Source of the DNA: Oopsacas minuta
Lineage: Eukaryota > Animalia > Porifera
Direction of reading: 5' to 3'
Length of the DNA stretch: 64,000 nucleotides
Assembly (NCBI GenBank): GCA_024704765.1
Contig: JAKMXF010000332.1
Location: 1,309,861 to 1,373,860, forward strand
In this document: one piece after another, positions 1 to 12,000 of the stretch
Layout of the letters: each line of letters begins with the position of its first letter
How positions within the stretch are numbered: the first letter of the stretch is position 1
Notes under the pieces: generated by a model
What the model was told of the DNA's origin: nothing
Seen by the model: only the letters and a program-made list of their open reading frames with translations
Database searches by the model: none
Program-made: the position numbers and the translations under genes

Positions 1-679
1 CCCCTTCATCCAGCTGAACTCCTAACTTCCACATAAACTTCCCCAATATAACTTGGATCTTAGGGATTGAATAATCTTGGAATTGCTTCAACAGATTTTG
101 AGGAATTACATAGCTATCATCCTGTAGTTTCAACAAATATTCAGACTCTACATTTTTATATGCCCAAACGTATGACTTGAGAACTTTCAGTGTAATATTA
201 AGTTGATTATCTACAAGGTCCTTTAGGAGGATAACATCTTTGTTTTCTCTTTCCTCAATTTCTAAGTGTACTAATTTACTCCCTGTTAGTGATCCTGTCC
301 CAATAATAAATTTGTAACCTAAGTTGGGGTTTTTGTTAAGTTGATTAATCCACGTCTCTCTAAGCGTTTTCCGCATCTGTTGGCTATCAGGATCAGACAT
401 TATCATGAAGAATATTTTGTAGGGACCTAAAAACTCTGGAGTGATTTCTTCTAGTTCTTTAGGCGTTGGTGGAATTGTTGTGGATGAAGCTTTCTCTAAC
501 TTAAACCTCTTCAATATCGATTGGATAATTGTGGCTCCATCCGTGGATTCTTGGCTTAATTCTGAACATTCTACCTCACTGGTACTAGTCCCTTTGAAGT
601 AGTAACGAAATACGTAGATTTGCTCCAATATTATGCCCAAGACTAGGCTAAATACCAGAGTCTTCTTCAGGATACTCAT
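1..679 (-). CDS. Glycosyltransferase family 31 (beta-1,3-galactosyltransferase, B3GALT6-like), 3'-partial at window edge
   Basis: Hand translation from ATG at 679 (in-frame TAA upstream at 703-701), open to base 1: MSILKKTLVFSLVLGIILEQIYVF (type II TM)...FFMIMSDPDSQQMRKTLRETWI...YKFIIGTG...DVILLKDLVDNQLNITLKVLKSYVWAY...YLLKLQDDSYV. These are GT31 motifs with a DxD-like QDD. Missing from the ORF track, probably because no stop lies inside the window. Confidence 0.85.
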   Translation of the reverse strand, partial: MSILKKTLVFSLVLGIILEQIYVFRYYFKGTSTSEVECSELSQESTDGATIIQSILKRFKLEKASSTTIPPTPKELEEITPEFLGPYKIFFMIMSDPDSQQMRKTLRETWINQLNKNPNLGYKFIIGTGSLTGSKLVHLEIEERENKDVILLKDLVDNQLNITLKVLKSYVWAYKNVESEYLLKLQDDSYVIPQNLLKQFQDYSIPKIQVILGKFMWKLGVQLDEG

Positions 680-1194
680 ATAATAAGACAAATGGTATAT
701 TTATCGAATATTACTAATTGGGATAAATTTCTGATAATGCCGAAGAACATTTCACTTATTAGGGATACTATCCCCCCAGATTGGAATTGGTTCACTTTTC
801 AGAACCCGAATCCAAATTCGAATCACAACCAGAACCTACCACAGAACACGAAACTGAATTTGACGAATTTAAAATTATAAGAAAGAATTTGGAACAGAAA
901 CAGGACCACCCGGACCACCCGATCCATTCTAGTTCAGGTCGGGTCGGGTTCTGAACAGTGAATAATATTCCAACTCTGATAGGGGTCATATGCCTAAGAA
1001 GTGAAATGTTCTACTCAATTCATAATCTCCCATTATATACCAAGTTCGTGTATTAGTAAGGGAAAATCATCAAAATACGCCTCATGATAGGCGAACTCCA
1101 CACTACTACCTTAGGGCCGTTCATTTAGATAATTCGATACCTCGAGGGGTAAAGCGGTGAGTTCATCACGAAGAAACGAGCTGAAAGCTAATTA

Positions 1195-1326
1195 CCGTAT
1201 TTATTCATATAGTAGCCGGGGCGATTATTCGGGGTAGGCGATTATTCGAGAGAGGCGATTATTAATTTCAAACCCCCCAAAGGGAGGCGATTATTTGAAT
1301 ATGAGCTACTATTCAAATAAATATGG
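1195..1326. mobile_element. Short MITE (Tc1/mariner-type, TA-flanked) with internal GGCGATTATT repeats
   Basis: TA|CCGTATTTATTCATATAGTAGC ... GCTACTATTCAAATAAATATGG|TA imperfect TIRs; four GGCGATTATT copies inside. Related fragment near 43855-43890. Confidence 0.7.
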
Positions 1327-2035
1327 TATTGAAAATACTATTAGATTACCTGTAGGACTACTCGTAGGTATATAACTAGCATGGAATTATCCGATTTTTC
1401 TGTTTCATCTACCTTTCCAGCACATTATTAAAGTTGATTGTATAGGTGTCCAATTCAATTCCCGGGGTTACGTTCCTGTAAATTGCGTGAACGACAGTTC
1501 GCGAAAGCGAGACTATAGCTTAAAGAGAATAGTGGAGATACGTGCTTACGTCACTAGATTACAGGACAACGAACATACAGTGCTACTAAACACAATCAGA
1601 ATCAATAATAGAGTTTTATTACTTGGTCGTGGGCAAAGTAGGGCAATCCTGTCTCTTGAAAATAGTTTTTTAGTCTTAACACATATCAAAATAGCAAACA
1701 TTGAGGTAGCTACATGATATGTACAAGTATAATGCCAATAGGGAAAATACAAACTCAATTCATGTGATGGCATAGTTGTCAACTCTTACGGATCTGAAAT
1801 TTGTGTTTTGTAGACAGACTCACTTTCACTCTTGGATTCTCACATAAAATTTATTCGACGAATGGACAGTATTCCATCGTTGTGATAGATATAAATCGTA
1901 ATAGTTAGCCTTATTGATTCTAATCCTTCTAAAAAACTAGCCAAATTACAATATTCTTCACTATATCCCACGGATCTAATTTTTCAAATGTTGACTAACT
2001 ATACGATGGTGATAAAAATATAGAGAATATTTATA

Positions 2036-2960
2036 AAAAATGTCCAGCCGACAGACTGGTAATGTAGTTCAGGGTTATTTGTTTTTGCTCTTTTCAGGGG
2101 GGCATGCCCCCCTGACCCCCTCGTATAGATAGCGGTAATGTACCAGACCCCGACTGATTTTGGGCTACTGGATCTGATAATATTTAAGGATATTGAATAT
2201 TATTCGTCCCTATATGTACTTCATGTTTTATCCTCAAACCCTATGGATAAGACTCCGAATAAATATATATCCCCAATTTCACCTTGTATAACTTTTGAAA
2301 CAATTTCTCTAGCATCTATTTGAAATATGTGCAAACGCGTGTGAAATATGATTAAACATATGATTAATCACCGAGTGAGAGATTTGAAAATGTCAAAATT
2401 AGAATCTATATACTCGATTATCCTCTGACTTGCAATTGAAAAGAAATCTCTAGCATAATCTGAAGTATAAGCAAAAAGTGTGAAAATATGATTAATAATA
2501 TGCCAAATTTGTAAATTGTAACTCTAAGACTCTGGAAAACTCAAATCGGACTCTACGCACCCAATTACCCACACAACTTGCTGAAACCTAATCTCTAGCA
2601 TGCTTTAATCGAGTATGTAGATTCAAATTTTAATATTTCCGAATATCAACTTACATCAATTATTATGTATGATTAATCATATTATCACACCTTTATAAAC
2701 ATGTTCAAAATGATTTATTAATTTTGTTTCATTTGCTTGTCAGGGGTAATTGTGTAGGTAGGTTCCAAGTTTGATATTTGCACGACAATAGGGTGGAACT
2801 TGGCCAATAAACTTAACCTATCTAGCATGCTTTTTAATTTACATACATAGAAAGGTGTGGAAATATGATTAATAACTAAGGTGTGAAAATTTAACACTAG
2901 AAATATACGCACCCAAAGTTGGACATATCTCCGACACAAACTGTATAGAGGACTCTACCT
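2036..2960 (+). repeat. Helentron/DINE-1-like non-autonomous repeat (family A), decayed copy
   Basis: Starts AAAATGTCCAGCCGACAGACTGG as do copies at 21885 and 26705; internal tandem GTGTGAAATATGATTAAT / CTCTAGC units are shared with them. Confidence 0.55.
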
Positions 2961-3269
2961 AAGTACGTTATCAATGCGGTAGTATAGTGGAAACCGCATA
3001 ATAGCAAAATCCGCCTAAAAGCAATTCTATTCATGAAATAAAGTGAAATTTTGTAAGGTAAATACCTCACATAATAGCCAAATTCGCGTATTAGCAAGAC
3101 AATTTCTTGTAAAATACGATTTCCCATTAAGGTTCCGCTGTATCTGAAAATAGAGTGGCATACCTACATTTGTGGTCTAGTATACCATGTAAGACGTACT
3201 AAGAATATATGTATGCGGAGTCCGAATATTACGGAATTAAATATAATCGGTACTAATAGAAAACCAAAA

Positions 3270-5210
3270 CTAGGTAAACAACTTAACCATACCGTCAGCT
3301 CCTGCTGAAAATAGCCAGGGTTGCGTGGGATGAAACACACATTCCAATACTCCCATATCCCCAGTAACAATGTGTCCCCTCAGGGCTTTGAGAGGAACAA
3401 GTAGAGGGTTCCTGTCCAGATCACTGTATACCATGCCGTGATAAACAACAATAGAAGCCTCATCACCACAAGAAGCGAAGAGTGGGTAGATTGGATGAAA
3501 AATCACTGAACGGACAGCACCTTTGTGGTGTCTCAGGGTTTTGTATGGCTTCCTAGACAACTCCAAATCAAACCACATTACTTTACAATCCTGACTCCCT
3601 GCTATTATATTAGTACCACCTCGATGTATATTCAGACATGATAGCCACTGGACAGAGGGGGAGAGACGTTTGACAAGTGACTGCGCTACCAAATTGTAGA
3701 TAAGAATATTGCGCTGTGTACAGACAAAAAATGTTGGGTCCATTGGGTGGAAGGAAACGGATTGGATTTGACCTTTTGATTTAACAAATGGTGTTTGCGA
3801 TTTTTGTTTCGACAGCTGATGTATATATACTGATTTATGGCTGGTGTCATGCTGAACACTTGAAAAGTAATCTCCTCTCTTGTGCCAAACTACTTGCCTT
3901 ACTTCCCTTCCAATTCCTATTTCTATCCCAGTTAACCCATTCGTAATACTGAGCTTAGACCAAGCTGGACCTCTCCTATCCGCTAGCTCACTACTGACAT
4001 TAAGAATCTCATTAGTTTCATCAATCAGCTGTTTATTCCCTACGCTGTAGCTTACTAGTAGTACATATTCTCCACAAGCTACTAGTAATAGTACGTACAT
4101 TTGTGTAGGGAAGAACTCAATGCTGCTCACGCTGTCTTGCAGCTGAATGAGCTTCAAGCATCTACCTGTAGATACTTCCCACACTCTCACAGTCTTGTCG
4201 TCTCCTCCAGACGCGATTATCCTCCCCATCGGGTGAGCTGACACACAGCGCACACACCCTGTATGTCCGTAATAACTGAATGCTAGTTGGGTAGGGAAGG
4301 GTTGGAGGTCTTTTGGCTTAGGCAACTGTGGTAGGATATCCCTAGGGTCGAGTTTGGGGTTTATCTTAAGTTTGGGCTCCCGGGGACACAAATATAAGTC
4401 TAGACAGCGAGAGAACCTCTCCTGATATATCTGCGAATAGAATGGAATTTCTAGCATTGAATCGTATTGAGTAGATAGAAATTCTCCTAACTTTTTCTCA
4501 GATTTGAATTTAGCATTCCATTTGACCTGTTCCTCAGGGGTAGGTAAGTATTCGGGAGGAGGCCGGTACGACTCTCTGTGGCCTGGGAGACGTAGTTTTG
4601 GAGCAGGAACAAATGGGAGCATTTTCGTATTGTCTTTCTTCTCCAATGGAATGTCGGTCCATATCTTATGGAAATATGGTTTCTCATCAATTTCGAAATC
4701 TTTTTTCGGTTTAATCCAACCTTGTCTGATTGCATATACTAACTTCATTACCTTTTGATGCTCCCATTTTGAAGGAACAAACCTTCTTTTGGGTTCGTCT
4801 GCCCCTACCAGTGGAGTGTCAAACTTTTTAGACGTATAATACTCTACGGTTGGGGGGTAGGGGTCAAATTGACTGTCTGGATAGTCAGCCTTCTGAATAC
4901 GCTGAACCATGTCGATTTCTTTCTCTGAGAGCAAGAGATCAGTTCCTGGTAAATTTGGCATCTTTACGCTCTTCCATAGTCCAGAAGGGTCTTCTACTCC
5001 CTCTAGGAATTGGTCTAGTTGATCTCCAGAGGCTGGTTTCAATACACGCTTGCCCTCTAGGTTATAGCCGATGTGCGGAAAATCTCTGTACCATTCGGTT
5101 GGTATGTCTCCAATCGTGTTCAAAACTCCTTCTTCATCTGATTCAGATAGAGAATCTCCAGCGTGTTCTAAGTTGTGAAGTAAATCAATTTCTCTATTAG
5201 CACTCTCCAT
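3270..5210 (-). CDS. BOP1: Ribosome biogenesis protein BOP1/Erb1, single exon, 646 aa
   Basis: BOP1NT motifs (PSKWEHQKVMKLVYAIRQGWIKP, RFSRCLDLYLCPR) followed by WD40 repeats ending WLFSAGADGMVKLFT. Confidence 0.97.
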   Translation of the reverse strand: MESANREIDLLHNLEHAGDSLSESDEEGVLNTIGDIPTEWYRDFPHIGYNLEGKRVLKPASGDQLDQFLEGVEDPSGLWKSVKMPNLPGTDLLLSEKEIDMVQRIQKADYPDSQFDPYPPTVEYYTSKKFDTPLVGADEPKRRFVPSKWEHQKVMKLVYAIRQGWIKPKKDFEIDEKPYFHKIWTDIPLEKKDNTKMLPFVPAPKLRLPGHRESYRPPPEYLPTPEEQVKWNAKFKSEKKLGEFLSTQYDSMLEIPFYSQIYQERFSRCLDLYLCPREPKLKINPKLDPRDILPQLPKPKDLQPFPTQLAFSYYGHTGCVRCVSAHPMGRIIASGGDDKTVRVWEVSTGRCLKLIQLQDSVSSIEFFPTQMYVLLLVACGEYVLLVSYSVGNKQLIDETNEILNVSSELADRRGPAWSKLSITNGLTGIEIGIGREVRQVVWHKRGDYFSSVQHDTSHKSVYIHQLSKQKSQTPFVKSKGQIQSVSFHPMDPTFFVCTQRNILIYNLVAQSLVKRLSPSVQWLSCLNIHRGGTNIIAGSQDCKVMWFDLELSRKPYKTLRHHKGAVRSVIFHPIYPLFASCGDEASIVVYHGMVYSDLDRNPLLVPLKALRGHIVTGDMGVLECVFHPTQPWLFSAGADGMVKLFT

Positions 5211-5656
5211 TATGTCCTACTAGGTGTCTGGTGATAATAATAATAATCTGAAATAAATAGGTAAATTAACCAACTTAGTAAACTGAATTCAAAATGGTCT
5301 TCTTGACCACTGCTCAGCCAATATACCTAGTAGAAGTTGGAAACTTGAATCACAGGTCCCCTCAATAAGCCAAATCTTCTGATATCATGATGTTGGCCAA
5401 TGCAAACTTATCATGGGTGTATTATATAAGTATTATTCATTAAGTCATCATGACTTTACAAACAAATCTAAATTTCACGAATTTCGTGATTTAATAATTT
5501 CATAATACTAGGGCACGAATTGCACAGATTACTATCCAAAAGCGACGTAGAAGCTCCAGTATCTCCACAGAAGGCCAATAAATCAAAATTGGGTGGACCA
5601 TGGATAATAGATATTAAAACCTTGGCTATTCTGTGAACTCGAAGCACATAGTGCCG

Positions 5657-7386
5657 GGAGACGCTCATTTGCGTACATTTCATGTGTACAGTGTATTTAT
5701 TTCACAGTTACATATACTACACTGGCGTACAAATCTGAAAACACAAGAATACAAGTGGTTTTGACAAACTTAGACTTTTTGTGATGCATAAAATGTACAA
5801 AAAACAACCGAATACTGGTAAAAAAATGATAAATGGCTACGAATGACTTAACCATTCGATTAGTGTCTTCATCAAAGAGGACAAATAAGTTATCTCATGA
5901 TGGAAACCTATACAAATTCCACCGGGGAATATTTAAGAAGGAATGGAGATGCGAGATCCGAACGTGCAAAGCAAGAGTCCACTCAGTCGATGATTTGATT
6001 GTCAAAATGTCTGGAGAACATTCCATTCAAAAGAAAACGGCAAAGAGGAAGTTGCGATTGCGAAAGAGAACTTAAGGAAACGTGCAAGAGAAACTCACGA
6101 TAATCCACATATTGCTATTGGAGAAGAAAGGAGTTCTCTATCAGAGGCAGCATAATCTCTATTACTATCACAACATGCTCTAAAGCTGATGTATAAGAGA
6201 CAACGTATTGCCGCACCAATTCCACATTCCGTTGAAGATCTAGAATTAAATGCGTCTAATATAAAAACACTATCTGATAAGAACTTCCTATTTTATGACT
6301 CGGGACCCGAACCAGAGAGAATAGTAATGTTTGCTACAAGAGAAAATTTAGATTTCCGAACAATGTCAAGTATCTGGCTGGCTGATGGGACGTTTAAAAC
6401 AGTGCCTACTCTATTTACCCAGCTCTACATTATTCATTGTCTTGGTGGAGGTCCGAATCCCTTTGCTAATGGACACTTACATCCTTGTATTTACGCATTG
6501 CTTCCCAAATAAGAAAGCTACTACCTACACTAAAATGTGGAAAGTTATTAACGAAGCTTGCCAAATTCTTAACCTAACTTTCTCTTTGTGGATTTTGAAC
6601 AGGCAGTTATTAATTCTTTTAAATCAATTTTTGGCCACTGACCCAAGTAAAAGCGTGATTCTTTCACCTGTCCCAGGCTGTGTTTCGAAAGATACAGTCT
6701 TTAGGCCTCCAGCAACAATACCAAAACAATCCGGAATTTGCCGTAGCGATGAGAATGTTACCAGCACTAGCGTTTGTACCACCTGAATTTGTTGGATGGT
6801 CGTTTGATCATCTTGTTACGATATTTCCCGAAAATGCTTATCCCCTTTGTAAGTATTTCGAGGAAACATACATAGGGCTGATGAATCTAAATGGTGGTAG
6901 AAATCCTCCTTTATTCCCCGTTGATCTTTGGAATATTTTCCATCTTGTACCTCAAGGGCTACCTAGGACTACTAATTTGGTCGAGGCATGGCACCGTGGA
7001 TATTTAACTACATGTGGTTGTCACCACCCCACAATATGGAAATTCATTAAGGCTTTGAAAACTGAACAAGCTAATGTAGAACTGAAACATGTGAGATATA
7101 TTTGTGGAGAAGATCCCAAAATGCAAAAAAATCCATTCAGAACGAAAAATCGTTAATAAACTTGGTAAATTCTTTCGCACACAGACCGACACTATTATAC
7201 CTGTGTGGAGTTTGGTTCAAAATCTAACTATAAGAGTTGTGTGTTGGAGTTTATGGTTGTTACCAACCCATATTGAATTAAATGCATTTACTAATATACA
7301 GTTACATCATTAATTAAAGTTACCAATAGAATTATAGTTATGCTCAAAATGATAAATTGAATGCGTACACAAAAGTGATAGACTCC
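5657..7386 (+). mobile_element. Mutator-like (MULE) DNA transposon, frameshifted FLYWCH + MULE transposase
   Basis: ORF pieces 5833-6075 (WRCEIRTCKARVH...GEH), 6189-6512 (IWLADGTFKTVP) and 6680-7156 (RTTNLVEAWH, CHHPTIWKF). Imperfect TIRs GGAGACGCTCATTTGCGTAC / GTACACAAAAGTGATAGACTCC. 8-bp TSD TAGTGCCG (5649-5656) / TAGTGCCA (7387-7394). Confidence 0.88.
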
Positions 7387-7428
7387 TAGTGCCAAGTATA
7401 TTCTGTCGCGTAGCGACCAATAACACTA

Positions 7429-8741
7429 CAGGGTGGCTTTTAAGTTCTGTCCCATGATTTATAAGAACCATTTTTCCATGCTGAGTCTTTGCTATTAGAT
7501 ATATCTTATTAGTTTACCTTATTATACTGTATTTAACATAAATATACAGTTTCAGAGTACAATTGTAGAGAAATTTCAATTTTATTAGTGATGGAACGTG
7601 AGAGGTCGGCAATTGTAGAATTATTTACAAAAGGACATCCTTCAAGGGAAATTTTGAAGATCCTGAAACTCCCTCTAAACAGAAGGAAATTTGTATACCG
7701 CACTATTAGGCGATACAAGGATACTGGAAAAGTTGAAGATAGGGCGAGATCAGGCCGTCCGTGCTCAGTAACCACCCCCAGCTTAGGGAAAGTCATCGCC
7801 CAGCGAATTCGCCGAAATCCTAGACGTTCCATAAGGAAAATGGCTCTAGATCTGAAGGTATCAAGATGTGCAATGACTAAAATTGTGAAAAGGGATTTAG
7901 GGATGAGTTCATTCAAGCGTAAGAAGGTACACTTCCTTTCTCAATTGGTAAAGGAAAAAAGGGTTGCAAGATGCAAAGGTGCGTTGGGCCGGTACGCTGT
8001 TGAAAATCTAGAAAAAATATTATTTTCAGATGAGAAAATATTCACTATCCAGGAGGCAACCAATGTACAAAATGATCGTATACTTGCATCATCTCCTTCC
8101 AAAGTCGACGAGAAGTTCAGATATGTTAGCCGAATACAGAACCCTAAGTCGGTGATGGTTTGGGAAGGGGTGTCAAAAATGGGCCGGACACCATTGGTTT
8201 TTGTACCACAAGGGGTAAAAATCAATTCAATTAATTATCGAGAAATGGTTTTGGAGTCAGTATTGAAGAATATAGGCCGAGACATGTTCGGAGGTACTTC
8301 ATTTGTTTTCCAGCAAGACGGGGCGCCAGCACACACTTCTAATGTTACCCAGTCATGGTTACATGACAATTTTCCTGGTTTTATAACCAAGGAAGGATGG
8401 CCTCCTTACAGTCCTGACCTGAATCCCATGGATTATTCTGTGTGGTCAATTCTCGAGACGAAAGCTTGTGTTAACTCTCACACAAGTATCAAGTCACTGA
8501 AGAGGAAACTTTGCCAAGAGTGGAATAAAATTCCCCAAAAAACCCTCCGTACTGCTATTGAGGCCTTGCCAGATCGAATTACACGTGTAATACAAAATGA
8601 GGGAGGCTATATTGAATAAAATTCGCGAAATATGTTTTGTCTCTGAATCATAAATTAGAGCAATAAATATCATTACCAAGCTATATATATATATTGATAA
8701 ATAATAGTTTTTGCATGGGACATAACTTAAAAGCCACCCTG
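7429..8741 (+). mobile_element. Full-length Tc1/mariner element of the maT (DD37D) family
   Basis: 28-bp TIRs CAGGGTGGCTTTTAAGTTCTGTCCCATG / CATGGGACATAACTTAAAAGCCACCCTG (1 mismatch); TA duplication at 7427-7428 and 8742-8743; 1313 bp. Confidence 0.95.
7588..8619 (+). CDS. Intact DD37D transposase (343 aa; first ATG at 7591)
   Basis: HTH region (ARSGRP); catalytic FSDEK, QQDGAPAH, SPDLNPMDYSVW; 37 residues counted between the 2nd and 3rd Asp; no stops or frameshifts. Confidence 0.93.
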   Translation: MMERERSAIVELFTKGHPSREILKILKLPLNRRKFVYRTIRRYKDTGKVEDRARSGRPCSVTTPSLGKVIAQRIRRNPRRSIRKMALDLKVSRCAMTKIVKRDLGMSSFKRKKVHFLSQLVKEKRVARCKGALGRYAVENLEKILFSDEKIFTIQEATNVQNDRILASSPSKVDEKFRYVSRIQNPKSVMVWEGVSKMGRTPLVFVPQGVKINSINYREMVLESVLKNIGRDMFGGTSFVFQQDGAPAHTSNVTQSWLHDNFPGFITKEGWPPYSPDLNPMDYSVWSILETKACVNSHTSIKSLKRKLCQEWNKIPQKTLRTAIEALPDRITRVIQNEGGYIE

Positions 8742-9068
8742 TATAAAATTTAGCTATTTTGATACTTAAGCTATCGCGCAGCCACCTAGCAAGCGAAGCG
8801 CGCTAGTGTTAAATTAACCCTCCAAAGTTTATGAATTGAAACTTTTTATGGTAAAAATATATAAGAAATACGTTAAGACTAACTAAAATGTTCAAATTGG
8901 TAGGTATTATTGCCATAAGCTATGATATTACAAAAGTAAGAAAGCAATAAAAATACAAAATATCTCACATGTAATATTATATCTGAAATATAGAAATAAA
9001 AACGATAAAATATCCTGAAAGCAACCAGTAAGTAAATATGTACACCAAATGCAAATAGTGGAAACACT

Positions 9069-12000
9069 TTAATCTACAAACACAAAGGATTCTAGTCCAG
9101 GCTGAGGTAGATGTGGTAGAACGATATCTTTAGGAAACGTCTTGCGGACAGTTAACTCCTGAAGCTCTTCTTGACGCTTAAGTAGATCAAACAGGTCTTT
9201 CGGGTCATCTAAATAGGTGTCTTCTAGATGGATACCACGGATATTCGTCCTTTGTCCCAAACCGCGAATAACTGGATCCATCGAGTGGAGCGTACGGGTC
9301 AAATCAAGAAATTGTACGTCATACCCATTATCATCATCTGTCTTCTTCTTCTCTCTGGCGAGAAGCAGTTTACGTAACAGAGAAATAGTATTTTCACGAT
9401 CATCTCCCTTATTTATAAAGTCACAAGCATAGAAACGAAGACCAATACTCCTCTTGGGGATTAGTTTCATGTAATGATCTAGTGTTTTAGGATTATTGAA
9501 GTTAGCACATTCAACATCCATGTAGAATCCGGAGAAAGTGTTCTTTCTACAAACAGAAGTAAGTGTGGTAAAGTACTCTCTGTATTTTTTCCCAATTCTG
9601 TAATGATCTTCGTTATCTAACTGGGATCCGCTAAACTTTATGTGAACAATTCTTACAAAAGCATTTTTCAAGCTCTCCACCATCAGCTCGTAATCTTCTC
9701 TATCCATTCGCATCAAATCAACACTAATACATACAAGTGGAGTCTCATATAAATGTTCAGAAGAAAGCACTCTACAGTAGGATGAGAATTCGATTGGATC
9801 CAATTTCGTGTTTGGGATTATGAAATAGAATTTCCCCAATTGACTCTTTTTCCCATCTTCTGGAGTTGCTTGAGCTTCTTGAGCTTGTTTGAATGCTAGC
9901 ATATTTATGTGCTTCGTCTCTACGATATAAGGCAGCGCGCCCAGATGAGATTTCGTATATTTCGCGTACTTTTCCCTTCGATCTACAGTGAGTGTACGGA
10001 TACATCCGTCAAACGGAAGCCATTTTACTTGATCTTCTTGGAAGATACAACTAATCAAGAATACAGCCTCTTTACCCAATAGCCCACAATTGAATTTAGC
10101 TACCATTCTATAGATTTTCAATTTCTCGCCAGTAAAATATTCGAGAAAACCTTTGCGTTTTGGTGCTAAAATTTTTTCTTTTTCATCTTTGAGGAGTTTT
10201 CCTTGGTTCTCATCCTTATACAGATATTCATAACTCATATAGAATGCAGTTAAATACTCCTGAATTGTCAAATGAGGAAAACTGTGATCAGTTTTAGTGT
10301 CTTCGAGTTTCTTGCGCATGGAGGAAACTAACAGGCCAAGCCCGATTGGGAGTTCTTTCCCTTCTAACCCAGGGTTACTTCCAATTTCGTGCTCACGGAA
10401 CATAATCTTCCTGATTTTGATTCCATCGAAGGCAATGCGACAAATTTTGAGGTAATAATCATAGACGAAATTTGGCATATTTTCAAGTGTCTCAAAAGCA
10501 TAAATTTCAATAGTCTGACTCCTTCTTATTTGACGCCTAATTAAAAACATGATAATTTCCTTGTATGCATCAGTTAGCGTGTTGAGCCCTTTGCTGAGGA
10601 GACTTTGGCTTACTCCTGACTCTTCAATCAGAGAAACTAGCAACTCAATTGTGACAGGAATAAGGGATAACGCATCTAGCTCGCGTTGATTTCTTAAAAC
10701 TCTACGCAATCGTCTCTCATAAATTGGAGATTTCTCTCCCAAACGTTTCTTAATATATTCGTTCCTTTGAGCTTTATTAAAGCCTAAAACTTGGTAAATC
10801 TTTCCCAAACTGATTATAAATCGATACTTATTCATCATTCCGTTGAACGCCCCGACACGACTTGTAATCAACAAACTGCATCCTTTCAGAACATTCATCT
10901 TCAATATTTGTAACAATAAAGAATCCTCAAAGTAATTCATAGGGAATTCATCCAGTCCGTCAATAATCAGCAGCAAGTTCTTCCCATGTTGGTCAATAAT
11001 GTCCTCTCTTATCGCTTTCCAATTCTCGTAGTCCTCCAAAGCAATTTCAATGAACCGGTCCAGTTTGTCCTTTAGTTTTATCTTTTCATCCTTTTCAATC
11101 TCTTGCCATTTACTATCTCTGCATGTTACTAAGAGGGTCCAGCGATTCTGAGGGAGATCACCGCAGACATACAGATCTACTATTTTCCTACAGTAAATAG
11201 ATTTACCTGTTCCGGGATTACCGATTAGGACAATTCGTTTGTCCTTATCTTTCGTGAGTTTGTTTAGCAGATCTTTGCCTTTATTGGCATCTGCTGAATC
11301 GTATTCTGGGAGCCAGGGTCCGCTCCTCTTGACACAGTTCTCTATTTCGAGTTGTCCACTCTCTTCATTTGCTGTAACTTTGTCCACGTCATCAGTAATC
11401 ATAAGATCTACGTATAGATCGCGAAATCTACCAGCTCCACTCTCTGAGGCCAGGATAGGAATATCTACAATGTTAGTTAGCATCAGCTCTTTCAATTCTA
11501 ACATTAAATACTCATTTTCAACGTTTGGATTGTAGAGAAATGCGTATAATTCTTCTTCAAATTGTTTCTTGTTTAGCTTAGAAATTTCTGGCATAAATTC
11601 TCCAATTTCTCTAGCAAGAGCTTCCAAACCATTAGTTTCTTGAAATATGTTCACTAATGGAGTAAGATCATTCGATAAGTAATTCGTTTTTAGCATTTTG
11701 ATTGCGAATTTCTCAAAAGTATCTTGTTTGGAATCTGCAAGCATTTCGCCTATATCCTCTTTAGTTAATTTGTTTTTCAGCTTTAACATTAAATTATATA
11801 CAGTCTTCTCCTCTGTAATACTTTTGGAAAACTCTGTAGTATCCATCCTCTTCACTAAGACCTCATCTAGTTTACGTAACCTATCACCTAGGTTCCGAGC
11901 ATTAAAAGAATAACAGTATTCAGATAATTCCATGGGAGTGATGTTAGAATTCAGAAGAACTTTTTGAAGAAGAAGCTTACCGTTCTTTATTTCATTTTGT

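Larger units (their letters stand above)
5289..8807 (+). repeat. Helitron-like repeat split into three pieces (5289-5656, 7387-7428, 8742-8807) by two transposon insertions
   Basis: The pieces join into a sequence colinear with the uninterrupted copy at about 35220-35684 and end in the same GCAAGCGAAGCGCG-CTAG-T terminus (8803-8807). Confidence 0.75.

Noticed and set aside
692-989. Short low-complexity ORFs upstream of the GT31 gene
   Set aside because: Under 70 aa, overlapping on both strands, no domain; likely promoter/UTR sequence.
1212-1300. GGCGATTATT repeats as a CRISPR-like array
   Set aside because: The repeats are 10 bp with short irregular spacers inside a TIR-bounded MITE; eukaryotic context, no cas genes.
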